DNA of 64,000 bases from Candidatus Omnitrophota bacterium (GTDB taxonomy: Bacteria; Omnitrophota; Gorgyraeia; JAFGHF01): positions 1,044,575 to 1,108,574 of the forward strand of contig CP070837.1 of assembly GCA_020341815.1 (NCBI GenBank), given 5' to 3'. Positions 19,426 through 29,268 of this stretch are shown here, piece after piece (the stretch's first letter is position 1; each line of letters begins with the position of its first letter). The notes under the pieces are model-generated. The model was not told the origin of the DNA. It was given only the letters and a program-made list of their open reading frames with translations, and searched no databases. The position numbers and the translations under genes were made by a program.

Positions 19426-20768
19426 TCTTTTATCTTCCTCTCATAACCGATAGGTGTAGGGATATAGTATTTCTTCTCTGCGGGTAAGTATTCCTGGGGC
19501 ACAAAATGGTTTTTGTAATCATGGGCGTATTTGTAATCCTGGCCATGCCCCAATCGCTCTGCGCCCGGGTATGTCCCTACCCTTAAATGCTTGGGCACCT
19601 CAAGCGTCTTTTTCTGCTTCACATCGCGCAAGGCCTTTTCTATTCCCAGATAGGCGGCATTGCTTTTGGGTGCGCAGGCAATATAAACTGCGGCCTGGGC
19701 CAGGGGAATTCGCGCCTCGGGCATACCGACAAATTCAGAAATTTGTAACGCCGCATTAGCCACGACTAATGCTTGAGGGTCGGCATTACCCACGTCCTCC
19801 GCCGCGCAGATACATATCCTGCGCGCAATAAAGCGGGGGTCTTCTCCGGCATAAATCATCTTTGCCAGCCAATAAAGAGCAGCATCGGGGTCGGAGCCAC
19901 GCATACTTTTAATAAAAGCGGAAATCGTATCGTAATGGGCACTGCCTGCCTTATCATAAACAACTGCCTTCTTCTGAATAGATTCCTCGGCAACCTTTAA
20001 CGTAAAGTTTATTCTGCCCTCTTTATCGGGCTTAGTGGTAAGCGCCCCCAGCTCCAGGGCATTAAGCGCCCGGCGGGCGTCACCGTCTGAGGCCCCGGCC
20101 AGATATTTCAAGGCGGCGGCTTCCATTTTGATGGGCAATTTTCCTAAGCCCCGTTCTTTATTCTTTAAAGCGGCATTTAAAATGGCAAGGACCTCTTCCT
20201 GCTTTAAGGGGTTTAAGGAAAAGACGATGGAACGCGAAAGAAGCGCCGCTACTATAGAAAAAAACGGGTTGTGCACCGTGGCTCCGATAAGCACAACATT
20301 AGCCTCTTCCACGTCCGGCAAAACAACATCCTGCTGGGCCTTGTTAAAGCGGTGGATTTCATCGATAAAAAGCGTCGTCCTTTTCCGGAGAGTATTTTTT
20401 CGCTGTCTGGCCTGTGAAATTATCCTGCGCAGCTCATCCACATTGGAGGTGGTGGCATTTATTCTTTCGAAGTGGGAGCTGGTGGCATTGCTGACGATAT
20501 GGGCAAGGCAGGTCTTTCCTGTTCCCGGCGGGCCGTAAAGAATTAAAGAGCTGATCCTGTCTGCTGTGATTGCCCGGGTAAGAAGCTTATCCGGCCCTAA
20601 GATGTGCCTCTGCCCCACAAAGTCCTTTAGATTTTGCGGACGCATACGCACAGCCAGCGGCATAAGCTTATTATTTTTTGTCTTGTTAGGTTTCTTTTCG
20701 AACAGGTCCATTGAGCTCATAAAAAAATCCCCGCGCACGCCGTGCGAGTTTGATAATTTTGAACCCAT
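19401..20768 (-). CDS. rarA: replication-associated recombination protein A (AAA+ ATPase)
   Basis: Walker A GPPGTGKT. MgsA/RarA C-terminal pattern. The true start is probably the internal Met at about 20720 (MSSMDLFEK). Confidence 0.85.
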   Translation of the reverse strand: MGSKLSNSHGVRGDFFMSSMDLFEKKPNKTKNNKLMPLAVRMRPQNLKDFVGQRHILGPDKLLTRAITADRISSLILYGPPGTGKTCLAHIVSNATSSHFERINATTSNVDELRRIISQARQRKNTLRKRTTLFIDEIHRFNKAQQDVVLPDVEEANVVLIGATVHNPFFSIVAALLSRSIVFSLNPLKQEEVLAILNAALKNKERGLGKLPIKMEAAALKYLAGASDGDARRALNALELGALTTKPDKEGRINFTLKVAEESIQKKAVVYDKAGSAHYDTISAFIKSMRGSDPDAALYWLAKMIYAGEDPRFIARRICICAAEDVGNADPQALVVANAALQISEFVGMPEARIPLAQAAVYIACAPKSNAAYLGIEKALRDVKQKKTLEVPKHLRVGTYPGAERLGHGQDYKYAHDYKNHFVPQEYLPAEKKYYIPTPIGYERKIKEWLEKLRP

Positions 20769-20938
20769 TTTTATAGGTGGGTACCCTCACAGATACGTTA
20801 AGCCGCATCTAGATTCAGGTTCCCTATAAGATGGTGTTGGCTCAAAAGTTACCAAATCAGCACGCGCATGGCAGGGAATCTATTTAAAGTATATCATACC
20901 CCGCTGGCAAATACAAGTTGTCTTTCTGAGGCTCTCAA

Positions 20939-23047
20939 TCATCGCACCTGGCTTTTGAGTTCTTTATTTAAAGCCTGGCGGACCTCCAGATGAAGCTTAT
21001 CCACTTCCTGCGCAGTCAGAGTCCGCTCCTTGCTGCAATATTTTATAGAAAAGCTCAAGCCCCGAGAGCCTGAAGGAATCTGTTCCCCGAAATACTGGTC
21101 AAAAAGCGTAACTTTCGTTACCAGTTCCCTGCCAATGTTGTTGATTATCGAAACAATCTGTTCTGCGTTAACCTCCTGCGGTACAATTAAAGAGACATCC
21201 CTTTCTATCGAAGGAAATCTCACCAACGGCACAAATCTCTTCTCCCGGCGAATACGCGAGAGAAGCTTGCTCAATTGCAGACTGCAGACATAAACCGCAG
21301 TATTTATATCAAATCTTTCCAAAACCTCTTTCTTTACTTCTCCCAAAAAGCCGAAAGCGGAGCTCTTTTCTCCAGAAAACACAAGAGCCGATGAGCGGCC
21401 TGAAACAAAAACGGGAAAGTCTTCTTCGGCAAAACGAAAATCTTCTATGCCCAGTTTCCTCAGGAGAGTCTCTACAATGCCTTTAAGGTCGAAAAAGCAA
21501 TATTCGCCCGACTTCTTCATCCAGTTATCGTCTTTTTTACCGGCAATACCGATGCAGAGCTCGGTAGATTCAGGCCTGCCGCTTTCCTTAATATAGACAC
21601 GGCTCAACTCAAAAAGCTTTAGATTCGTATTCTTGCGGTTAATGTTGGTAACTATACTGTTTAACATCCCCACAAGCAGACTGGGGCGCAAAATCTCCTG
21701 CTCATAACTCAAAGGATTTTTTATTGTCAATGTCTCATAAGGCGCACCTAATTTCCTCAAGGCCTGACGGCTGATTAAGCTGTAAGTCATAATCTCATTA
21801 AGTCCGAGAGATGCCAGAATCTCACGCACGGCATTATAGGTCGTCTCACTGGTAAGCTCAAGGCCTCCCGCGGAAGAAAGATTCGGCGCTAATCGGGCCA
21901 GGCTCAAAGGAATATTATCATAACCATACAGGCGGGTAACCTCCTCGATTAAATCTGCCTCCCGACTGATATCATTGCGAAAACTGGGAACGGCTACCGT
22001 AATAGCTTCCTTAGACCTGCGGACAATTGCAAATTGCAGTTTGCGCAAGGCCTCTTTAATATAGGCCGGGGAAATCTCCACCCCCAAGGCCTCGGCTACT
22101 TTTGCATAACGCAGGCGGACTTTATTTATTTGGCCCGGTTTTACGGCTTTAGTTTTAGCTCGCCCCCGCGCAGCAACCGGGCGCTTATCGATAAGCTTTC
22201 CGATAAGCACTTTCCGGGACCTGCCTTTACTCGGACGGGCCAATTTTTTTATTAGTTCTATGGCCCGTAAGGCGCCTTCCGAGACACCGGCCCAATCCAC
22301 GCCTCTTTCGAAACGATAGGAAGACTGCGAGGCCAGCCCTAACTTCCGTGAAGTGTTGTGGATATTTAAGGCGTCGAAAAAGGCACTTTCCAATAGAATG
22401 CTTGTGGTGGTCTCGCTAACCTCGCTATTTTTCCCTCCCATAATCCCGGCTATGGCCCGAGGGCTTGCTTTATCCGCAATCACCAAAACGCTGCGGTCCA
22501 GATTTCTTTGCAAGCCGTCGATTGTAACTATTTGCTCGCTCTCCTCAGCAGGCCTGACAATTATCCTGCGGCCTTCCAGCTTATCCAAATCAAAGGCGTG
22601 CAAGGGCTGGCCGAATTCCAAAAGACAGAAGTTGGTAATATCTACGATATTATTTACCGCGCGGATACCCATCGCCTCAAGACGCTGAATCAACCAGGCA
22701 GGAGAAGGACGGACTTCGATATTCTTGATTACGCATCCTATATATCTTCGGCAGAGGTCCTTTTCCTGAATTTGAATGGGCACGCTCAAGACGGACCTGC
22801 CGCGGGAAGAAGTGCTTTTGGGGATTTTAAGTTTTTTGTCTGTGATTGCCGCTACCTCCCTGGCAATACCTATAATGCTTAAGCAATCCGTACGGTTAGG
22901 CGTAACCTCAATTTCCATAATTGTGTCGGCCTCATGCTTTGTCATAGAGGTTACCTCCAGTCCCGCCATGGTCAGCTTATCCGCCAGAGACTGGGGTGAA
23001 ATTCTGATATCTACATAATCTTTAAGCCAATTGAATGAAACGCGCAT
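20939..23047 (-). CDS. pheT: phenylalanine--tRNA ligase beta subunit
   Basis: MRVSFNWLKDYVDI N-terminus, B3/4 and B5 domains, ~700 aa. Confidence 0.9.
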   Translation of the reverse strand: MRVSFNWLKDYVDIRISPQSLADKLTMAGLEVTSMTKHEADTIMEIEVTPNRTDCLSIIGIAREVAAITDKKLKIPKSTSSRGRSVLSVPIQIQEKDLCRRYIGCVIKNIEVRPSPAWLIQRLEAMGIRAVNNIVDITNFCLLEFGQPLHAFDLDKLEGRRIIVRPAEESEQIVTIDGLQRNLDRSVLVIADKASPRAIAGIMGGKNSEVSETTTSILLESAFFDALNIHNTSRKLGLASQSSYRFERGVDWAGVSEGALRAIELIKKLARPSKGRSRKVLIGKLIDKRPVAARGRAKTKAVKPGQINKVRLRYAKVAEALGVEISPAYIKEALRKLQFAIVRRSKEAITVAVPSFRNDISREADLIEEVTRLYGYDNIPLSLARLAPNLSSAGGLELTSETTYNAVREILASLGLNEIMTYSLISRQALRKLGAPYETLTIKNPLSYEQEILRPSLLVGMLNSIVTNINRKNTNLKLFELSRVYIKESGRPESTELCIGIAGKKDDNWMKKSGEYCFFDLKGIVETLLRKLGIEDFRFAEEDFPVFVSGRSSALVFSGEKSSAFGFLGEVKKEVLERFDINTAVYVCSLQLSKLLSRIRREKRFVPLVRFPSIERDVSLIVPQEVNAEQIVSIINNIGRELVTKVTLFDQYFGEQIPSGSRGLSFSIKYCSKERTLTAQEVDKLHLEVRQALNKELKSQVR

Positions 23048-23063
23048 AGAAGTTCCCTTTTGG

Positions 23064-24086
23064 TTAAAACTGTTTAAGAAATCTTACGTCATTTTCAAAA
23101 AATAAACGGATATCGGTAATGCCGTATTTTAACATCGCTATTCTTTCTACGCCCATGCCAAAGGCAAAACCGCGCCAGAGCTCACTATCATATTTGACCG
23201 CGCTGAATACATTCGGGTCAACCAATCCCGCACCCAGTATCTCCAGCCACCCCTTAAACGAACAGACCCGGCAGCCGCTTCCTGCGCAGATAATGCAGGA
23301 GATATCTATCTCGGCGCTGGGTTCGGTGAAAGGGAAAAAGTGGGGCCGGAAGCGCATTTGAGTTTCCTGCCCGAACATCTCGCGCACAAAAACAGAAAGC
23401 GTCCCTTTCAAATCGGCAAAGGTTATATTTTTATCCACCGCCAGGCCTTCTATCTGGTGAAACATAAAGGAATGACTGGCATCGGTAGCATCGGGACGAA
23501 ATACCTTGCCCGGGGCAACAATCTTTAAAGGGGGCTTCTCCTTCTCCATTACCCTTATCTGTACGGGCGAGGTCTGGCTGCGCAGGAGCTTGCCGTTATC
23601 CAGATAAAAAGTATGGAATGTCTCCCGAGAGGGATGGCCTTCGGGGATATTTAAAGCCGTAAAGTTATAATAGTCTGTTTCTATTTCCGGGCCATCCACT
23701 ACCTTAAAGCCTAAATTCATAAATATCTGGCTGATTTGCCGCATTGTTTGCGTAACGGGGTGAATACTGCCTAATTCCTGATGTATGCCCGGCATGGTAA
23801 TATCAATCTTTAGCCGCTCTTTCTCTTTTTTCTTGCGCAACAAATCATGCCTGCTGCGCAATTCCTGTTCCAATTTTCTCTTTAGAAGATTTGCCGACTT
23901 TCCCGCTTCCGGCCTGTATTTTAAAGGGACCTTAGGGATGCTCTTAAGCAATTGCGTAAGCAAGCCTTTTCTCCCCAGGTACTTAGCCTTCAAGTTCTGC
24001 AGCTCTTCCTCGTTCACAATCTTTTCTATCTGGATGAGAGCTTCTTTTTCTATCTTTTCTATTTTTTTGCGCATATTTTTGTACAT
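23064..24086 (-). CDS. pheS: phenylalanine--tRNA ligase alpha subunit
   Basis: Class II aaRS motifs (FRPHFFPFTEPS, GAGLV). Upstream of pheT. Confidence 0.9.
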   Translation of the reverse strand: MYKNMRKKIEKIEKEALIQIEKIVNEEELQNLKAKYLGRKGLLTQLLKSIPKVPLKYRPEAGKSANLLKRKLEQELRSRHDLLRKKKEKERLKIDITMPGIHQELGSIHPVTQTMRQISQIFMNLGFKVVDGPEIETDYYNFTALNIPEGHPSRETFHTFYLDNGKLLRSQTSPVQIRVMEKEKPPLKIVAPGKVFRPDATDASHSFMFHQIEGLAVDKNITFADLKGTLSVFVREMFGQETQMRFRPHFFPFTEPSAEIDISCIICAGSGCRVCSFKGWLEILGAGLVDPNVFSAVKYDSELWRGFAFGMGVERIAMLKYGITDIRLFFENDVRFLKQF

Positions 24087-24088
24087 TT

Positions 24089-24580
24089 TTATCTAAACCT
24101 TCCCGTAATCAAGTGAATAATGGCCAAAGCAAAAGCTATAGCCGACAAAATTATGCTCATTTTAATCTTTTCGGCGTCCAGGGGATGCTCAACAGCTTCT
24201 CCTTCCTGAACTATGCTAATCTTCTCGGCGTGGATATCGGTATCGCCTCCGTGCTCAGGGCACCAGCGCCGAAAGGTTCCTTTCACGGAAATTATATCTC
24301 CCTTAAAAGCGTAACTGCCCTTATATTTAATTTTTTCAACCAGCTCTTTAGGGCAGATTATTCCCATGACACCGCTTTCATCGCTTACATTTATCCAGGC
24401 AAAGTCTTTACGAACCATTACATCTCCGATTACCTCTCCTTTGTAAACTATCTCTTTTCCGTCGTATTGCTGGGGGCTTTTTACAAGCTCCTCTGCGGTA
24501 ACCGCTGCAGCCTGGACATCATAAATTGACAGCTGAAAATAAACGCTAAACAATAAAATCAAAATGATAAATATTCTCAT
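24089..24580 (-). CDS. hypothetical membrane-anchored exported protein (start at MRIFIILILLF, ATGA-coupled to trkH stop)
   Basis: N-terminal signal/TM, C-terminal TM. Central beta-rich region resembling an OB-fold periplasmic domain. Confidence 0.45.
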   Translation of the reverse strand: MRIFIILILLFSVYFQLSIYDVQAAAVTAEELVKSPQQYDGKEIVYKGEVIGDVMVRKDFAWINVSDESGVMGIICPKELVEKIKYKGSYAFKGDIISVKGTFRRWCPEHGGDTDIHAEKISIVQEGEAVEHPLDAEKIKMSIILSAIAFALAIIHLITGRFR

Positions 24581-26079
24581 TTTCCTCTTACCAGAGCAAT
24601 GATTGTGCCCAAAAGAGCAAATACCGAGACGAATTCCAGTCTCCCCGCCCACATCTGAAATATATAGGTAATCTTTAAAGCCGCCGGCATCGAAGGTCGA
24701 GTAATCCCGCAGGAAAGCCCGACATTGGCCCCGGCGGAGACCGATTCAAACAGGGCCAATTTTAATGGGTAGCCTAAAGCGATGCCCGCCAATGTCCCCA
24801 AGAGATACAAAAAGATATAGGCAAGGGTAATTAAGGCAACCTGCCTGAGGAGCTTTTCCCCTAATACTATATCCTTAATGTGGTGTATTTTATCCATTAC
24901 TACGGCGCTGCGCGGAAGCATAGTCCTTTTGATATCTTCCAGTAGCGCCCTAAAAATTACCCCTATACGCAGTATCTTAATTCCTCCGGCGGTAGAGCAG
25001 GCGCCTGCGCCCATAGCCATACACAAGATAACCCCCATTAAAGACAAAGCCCGCCACTCCCCTACAAACTGCAGGGGATGGATAGTCATGTAACCGGTGC
25101 CCGTATGGGCGGAAATTACCTGATAAAATCCTTTGCGGAACAAGCTGGATACCCCCGGATAAGACCCTGCGGAGGCAAGGCCGAATGCGGTTAATCCAAA
25201 TAATAACATTATAGAAATAAAGAAACTCACCGTCTCGATATTGCGAAAAATCTCCTTCCGCTTGCCCGCCCAAAGGGCATAATGCAGGCGAAAATTGAGG
25301 CTGCCCAGAAGCATCAGGGAAATAGTAATCAGCTCAAAAGTAAAATTATGGTAATAGAGAATATTCTGCGACTGGGGCGCAAAGCCGCCGGTATCCCATG
25401 CCGCCATAGCCACCCATAGCCCGTGAAAAAAAGATTTAACCGCGGGCACGCCGGAAGAAAATGCCGTCACAGATAAGGCCAACGTCCCCACCAAAAGATA
25501 AACCAGGCTCACCAGCCAGATAAAACGGGCGGTCTGCACCACATTAGGCAGGACCTTCTCGTCCCTGGCCTCACCCACATAAACAGGAAGGGCACTGCCT
25601 GCCCCGCGCACCAGAAAGGTAATAGCAACAATCATTATCCCCTGCCCGCCGATATACATGGTCAAATGCCGCCACATATTATGGGCAAAAGAGAGGTGAT
25701 CCAAGTCCTGTACCAGAGTCAAGCCCGTGGTGGCAAATCCGCTCATGGCATCAAAACAGGCATCTAAGTATCCTCCCCAATGTCTGCTTAAGTAAAGAGG
25801 AACTGCCCCGAAGAACATCGCCAGGAGCCACGATAAAGACACTATCACCATTCCGTGTTTCCAGGTTGGCTCTTTGTGGGTAAAACAGATGAGTATCAGG
25901 ACGTAGCCTGCACTCAGGCAAAAAGAGGCGGCAATTACAAAGTCCAAGGCGGCGGCATGTTCGCCAAGACACACAGCAACCAAAAGCGGAATTAACATTA
26001 AAAGGCCCAAGCCCAAAATTACCCTGCCGCTGTATTGCCCGATAATCTTGATATCCTGAAGCTGCGGCCGCAGAATCAT
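24577..26079 (-). CDS. trkH: Trk-type K+ transporter membrane subunit
   Basis: Multiple TM segments. GGIKILRIGVIFRAL-type selectivity-filter-like repeats. The ATG at 26079 overlaps the stop of the upstream small ORF. Confidence 0.85.
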   Translation of the reverse strand: MILRPQLQDIKIIGQYSGRVILGLGLLMLIPLLVAVCLGEHAAALDFVIAASFCLSAGYVLILICFTHKEPTWKHGMVIVSLSWLLAMFFGAVPLYLSRHWGGYLDACFDAMSGFATTGLTLVQDLDHLSFAHNMWRHLTMYIGGQGIMIVAITFLVRGAGSALPVYVGEARDEKVLPNVVQTARFIWLVSLVYLLVGTLALSVTAFSSGVPAVKSFFHGLWVAMAAWDTGGFAPQSQNILYYHNFTFELITISLMLLGSLNFRLHYALWAGKRKEIFRNIETVSFFISIMLLFGLTAFGLASAGSYPGVSSLFRKGFYQVISAHTGTGYMTIHPLQFVGEWRALSLMGVILCMAMGAGACSTAGGIKILRIGVIFRALLEDIKRTMLPRSAVVMDKIHHIKDIVLGEKLLRQVALITLAYIFLYLLGTLAGIALGYPLKLALFESVSAGANVGLSCGITRPSMPAALKITYIFQMWAGRLEFVSVFALLGTIIALVRGK

Positions 26080-26204
26080 CTCCAACCCCCGCTAATAAGC
26101 CAGGATATCCCCAGGGCACAGAGCATAATAAAAACGGTCATCATAATCTCCGTACTAATACCTAAGAAAACCAGCCATATCTTGACAAAATTTTTTCCAA
26201 TCAT
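26076..26204 (-). CDS. 42-aa hydrophobic peptide between trkA and trkH
   Basis: Manually translated as MIGKNFVKIWLVFLGISTEIMMTVFIMLCALGISWLISGGWR. Its ATG overlaps the trkA stop (ATGA) and its TGA overlaps the trkH ATG (ATGA). Confidence 0.45.
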   Translation of the reverse strand: MIGKNFVKIWLVFLGISTEIMMTVFIMLCALGISWLISGGWR

Positions 26205-26872
26205 TTAGGGACCTTGCCAATTAAGACATCTAAAAGTTCCTGTTCATTTTCAATAGCGGTTAAGGCAATAATGTCGTCGTTGGCCTGTAAGAGCGTCTCG
26301 CCGTGAGGAATAATCACATCTTCCCCCCTGATGAGGGAAACCAATACCGAGGCCCGGGGAAGCTTTATCTCTCTCACCGGTTTGTTTACGCAAGGAGAAT
26401 TACTGGTTAAATCCACCCTGACCAAAGCCAGTTTTCCCCGCTTGAAAGTCATCAGGGTAACCAGGTCTTCCAGAGAGACTTCTTCTTCGATGATTTTGGC
26501 AATGATAGAGGTGGAATCCACCGCTACATCTACGCCAATCTCATTAAAGGTGTGGGCATTTTTAGGGTCATTTACCCTGGCCACTGTGCGCTTGACCTTG
26601 GAGGACTGCTTTGCCAGCTGGCAAACCATCAAATTGGCCTCATCGCTTCCGGTTACCGCAGCTACCACATCAGCGCGATTTATGCCGGCATCTTCCAGAT
26701 AACGGGAATTACAACCATCCCCGTTAATTAAGAGGACATTGCCCAGGTCTCTGGCAATCTCATCGCAGGTTGCCGCATCCTTCTCGATTAAACTGACCGT
26801 ATGATGCGCCTCGGAAAGCTCTTTAGCCAGATAAAATCCGACTTTACCTCCGCCAACTATGACAATATACAT
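26201..26872 (-). CDS. trkA: Trk K+ uptake NAD-binding subunit (TrkA-N/TrkA-C)
   Basis: Rossmann motif IVIVGGGKVG, C-terminal TrkA-C domain. Confidence 0.85.
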   Translation of the reverse strand: MYIVIVGGGKVGFYLAKELSEAHHTVSLIEKDAATCDEIARDLGNVLLINGDGCNSRYLEDAGINRADVVAAVTGSDEANLMVCQLAKQSSKVKRTVARVNDPKNAHTFNEIGVDVAVDSTSIIAKIIEEEVSLEDLVTLMTFKRGKLALVRVDLTSNSPCVNKPVREIKLPRASVLVSLIRGEDVIIPHGETLLQANDDIIALTAIENEQELLDVLIGKVPK

Positions 26873-26887
26873 TTTATCCTTCCTATC

Positions 26888-27223
26888 TTATTCATACCGC
26901 CTCAAGGCCTTTATGCCTGTTGAGGTATTTATCCTAACAGAGGAAGCCATTGAGTCTCCTGTATCTACTAAAACTATTGCGTAAGTTGCACCCCCTTTTC
27001 TTATTCTTAAAGGAGAAACCGATGTCTCTGCCAACTCACAAGCTATCTTCACTGCCTGACCTCCATAACGCACTCTCAGGCCTATATCCATAAACTCTAC
27101 GTCGAGCTCTGCCATGGCGGAACCATCGCCAGCGCCGCCTAAATAATATAACGCAAATGCCTCTTGCGCACTTACTGCCAATAGAAAGAAAAGCAGGATT
27201 AGAGTTAATTTATAACGCTTCAT
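26888..27223 (-). CDS. small secreted hypothetical protein (signal peptide MKRYKLTLILLFFLLAVSAQEAFA)
   Basis: Signal peptide plus Gly-rich mature part. Part of a cassette between the two trkA genes. Confidence 0.4.
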   Translation of the reverse strand: MKRYKLTLILLFFLLAVSAQEAFALYYLGGAGDGSAMAELDVEFMDIGLRVRYGGQAVKIACELAETSVSPLRIRKGGATYAIVLVDTGDSMASSVRINTSTGIKALRRYE

Positions 27224-27249
27224 TTTAAACAATTCCTTAATGGTAATAC

Positions 27250-28848
27250 CTATGGAGCGGTGCTGGCGCAACGGCCGCCGACCTCAAAGTTCCGAGGCGT
27301 GAAGGCGTGGGCAGCGCTGTGGCGGGCTGAAACACGGGCATACGCCGCACTACTGAGCCAATCGCCGCCGCGGAAGCCGGCACCTTGAGCATCTGTGCCT
27401 GGCCAATCAGCGTTGGTAGCAAAGCCGGTTGAACTTAAACTTCCGTCTCCGTGCGAACCAGCAAAGTCTGATACAGTTACCCCTGTTTGTGAATCCATTA
27501 CGCACACCGGGGTTTCAAATAAGTTTCCTGAGAGCTCCATTACTCCATAATATCCTGCGCCGGCTTCCTCTCTGGTGTCATCAGAATCAGTAAGGCTTCC
27601 GCATCTTAAAGGACCTTGAACCGAACCATGGTTACCATAAACGCAATTTGCTGCATTAGAAGGCACTTCGTTTGTCTGGCCGGAATTACTTATGCCTGTT
27701 GCCTGGGTAATACTGGTTGAACCCCAAGCATATTCACGGGCTACCACGGCTTGGCCGCCTCTTGCGGCTTTCTCAAATTCCAGTTCACTAAAAGGTCTTA
27801 AAGCTGCCCAGTCAGCATAAGCCGCCGTATCCCTCCAGGATAAGTAATTTGCGGCAATCTCTTCTCCGTCTGTAGATTCGTTAAAAATTCCGTCACCGTC
27901 AAGGTCGCAGCCAAAGGTGATAGGGCCTGAAGGAATAGAGGCAGGCGCTCTTATTCCATTTCTATAATAAGGGATGCCGGTATTGGGCATTACAAAGCTA
28001 CCTGCAGCTTGTGAGGCAGTGCGGCTATTCTGCTGGGTTCTGGTCAGGGTGTTTAGGAATTCTTTGTATTGACCTTGGGAAATCTCATACTTCATAATGT
28101 AAAAGGCATTATAGCCGGTAGGATAACTTGCTCCTAACTGGGTTCGCGCAGCAGGAAGATTACCGGCATAAGCCGATTCATTCACCCAGGTAATATCACC
28201 GGCAGTGCCTGTTCCATTATTGACATTGGAAATATAAGGAGCGTTAGAGGTAATTAAAGCCGGATCCCGGGGGTTTGTTGCATCAGCTGCATCAAAAAAA
28301 TGGCTGTTTGAGCTACCGGTTCTATTGGTACCATCTCCCACATAAAAATTACAGGTGGGGATATAAACCATTTCAATAGCAAAGACTTTAATTTTAACAA
28401 TATTGCTATCGGCAACGCCATCTGTTCCATAGGCCCACCTGATTTCAGCATCATTCCAGTCCACTGAACCTGAACCCGCTGCGGAGCGATAGATAAAAAC
28501 CCCTCTATATACGCCGAAAGTTGCGGCAAAATCCATTTGCGAGCCTGCGGGAGCAACATTGCCGGTATTTAAAAGACTGCAATGTCCCCAATCCGACCAA
28601 TTGCCGTCAGAATAAGCAGAATACTTAGCAAATAACCATACTGCATCCCAGTTAGCTGTGGGGCTGGGCGATCCTGTTATGCGCCAGGAATTGTCCCATG
28701 AGACATCAAATTTCATATCATAGGTATCATTGGTCGTATCCTTATCTTCCAAAGAAATATTCTCCAGAACTACATTGCTTGCAAAAGAAACTGCGGGAAT
28801 GGCTATAATAAAAATAAAAATTATTAAAAATTGCATTTTTTGTCTCAT
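27250..28848 (-). CDS. secreted formylglycine-generating-enzyme (FGE/SUMF1) domain protein
   Basis: Signal peptide. C-terminal FGE-sulfatase motifs YIMKYEISQGQYKEF, WRDTAAYADWA, RGGDWLSSAAYARVSARHS. Confidence 0.75.
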   Translation of the reverse strand: MRQKMQFLIIFIFIIAIPAVSFASNVVLENISLEDKDTTNDTYDMKFDVSWDNSWRITGSPSPTANWDAVWLFAKYSAYSDGNWSDWGHCSLLNTGNVAPAGSQMDFAATFGVYRGVFIYRSAAGSGSVDWNDAEIRWAYGTDGVADSNIVKIKVFAIEMVYIPTCNFYVGDGTNRTGSSNSHFFDAADATNPRDPALITSNAPYISNVNNGTGTAGDITWVNESAYAGNLPAARTQLGASYPTGYNAFYIMKYEISQGQYKEFLNTLTRTQQNSRTASQAAGSFVMPNTGIPYYRNGIRAPASIPSGPITFGCDLDGDGIFNESTDGEEIAANYLSWRDTAAYADWAALRPFSELEFEKAARGGQAVVAREYAWGSTSITQATGISNSGQTNEVPSNAANCVYGNHGSVQGPLRCGSLTDSDDTREEAGAGYYGVMELSGNLFETPVCVMDSQTGVTVSDFAGSHGDGSLSSTGFATNADWPGTDAQGAGFRGGDWLSSAAYARVSARHSAAHAFTPRNFEVGGRCASTAP

Positions 28849-28860
28849 GTTCTATTTCTG

Positions 28861-29268
28861 TTAAGGTCCTACATCCGTCCTGAGCCAGATTAGCCCATCG
28901 ATATCTTCAAGGTCTGCTTCATCTTCGTCTGAACCTACCAGCTGTATAACCAGACCGCCGGTTGCCTTTATAATTCCTGCCACCTCTAAGTTCGCCGTCG
29001 GCTGCAGCGTCCCGATACCTACATTACCCTCTATTACCAAATCGGCGTCTTGAGAGATTTCGTTGGGATCAAGGCTACCGCCTGCATCCCAGGGATATGT
29101 AGCGGCGTTATAATAGCCATCTCCTATGGCCATTCTTTGGGCACGCATCTGGCGATATATCCCGTATGGTGCGGGGTAATAGGTGGTCAGGGTGATTTCC
29201 TCGGCAAAGGATGCGGTGGGAAAAATAGCAGCCAAACCAATTATAAGCATTGCACTGATTTTAGGCAT
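28861..29268 (-). CDS. small secreted hypothetical protein with NVGIGT..P.A.LEVAG motif
   Basis: Signal peptide MPKISAMLIIGLAAIFPTASFA. The start overlaps the trkA-2 stop by 1 nt (TAATG). Confidence 0.45.
   Translation of the reverse strand: MPKISAMLIIGLAAIFPTASFAEEITLTTYYPAPYGIYRQMRAQRMAIGDGYYNAATYPWDAGGSLDPNEISQDADLVIEGNVGIGTLQPTANLEVAGIIKATGGLVIQLVGSDEDEADLEDIDGLIWLRTDVGP

Noticed and set aside
20035-20538. 167-aa plus-strand ORF
   Set aside because: Antisense within rarA. Spurious.
20775-20800. Hairpin + T7 run read as a pheST operon terminator
   Set aside because: It sits 5' of and abutting the rarA start on the same strand, more than 130 nt beyond the pheT stop. It is better interpreted as part of the rarA leader. 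It is kept as a low-confidence finding rather than a terminator feature.
24113-24529. 138-aa plus-strand ORF
   Set aside because: Antisense to the membrane protein gene downstream of trkH. Translation has no features.
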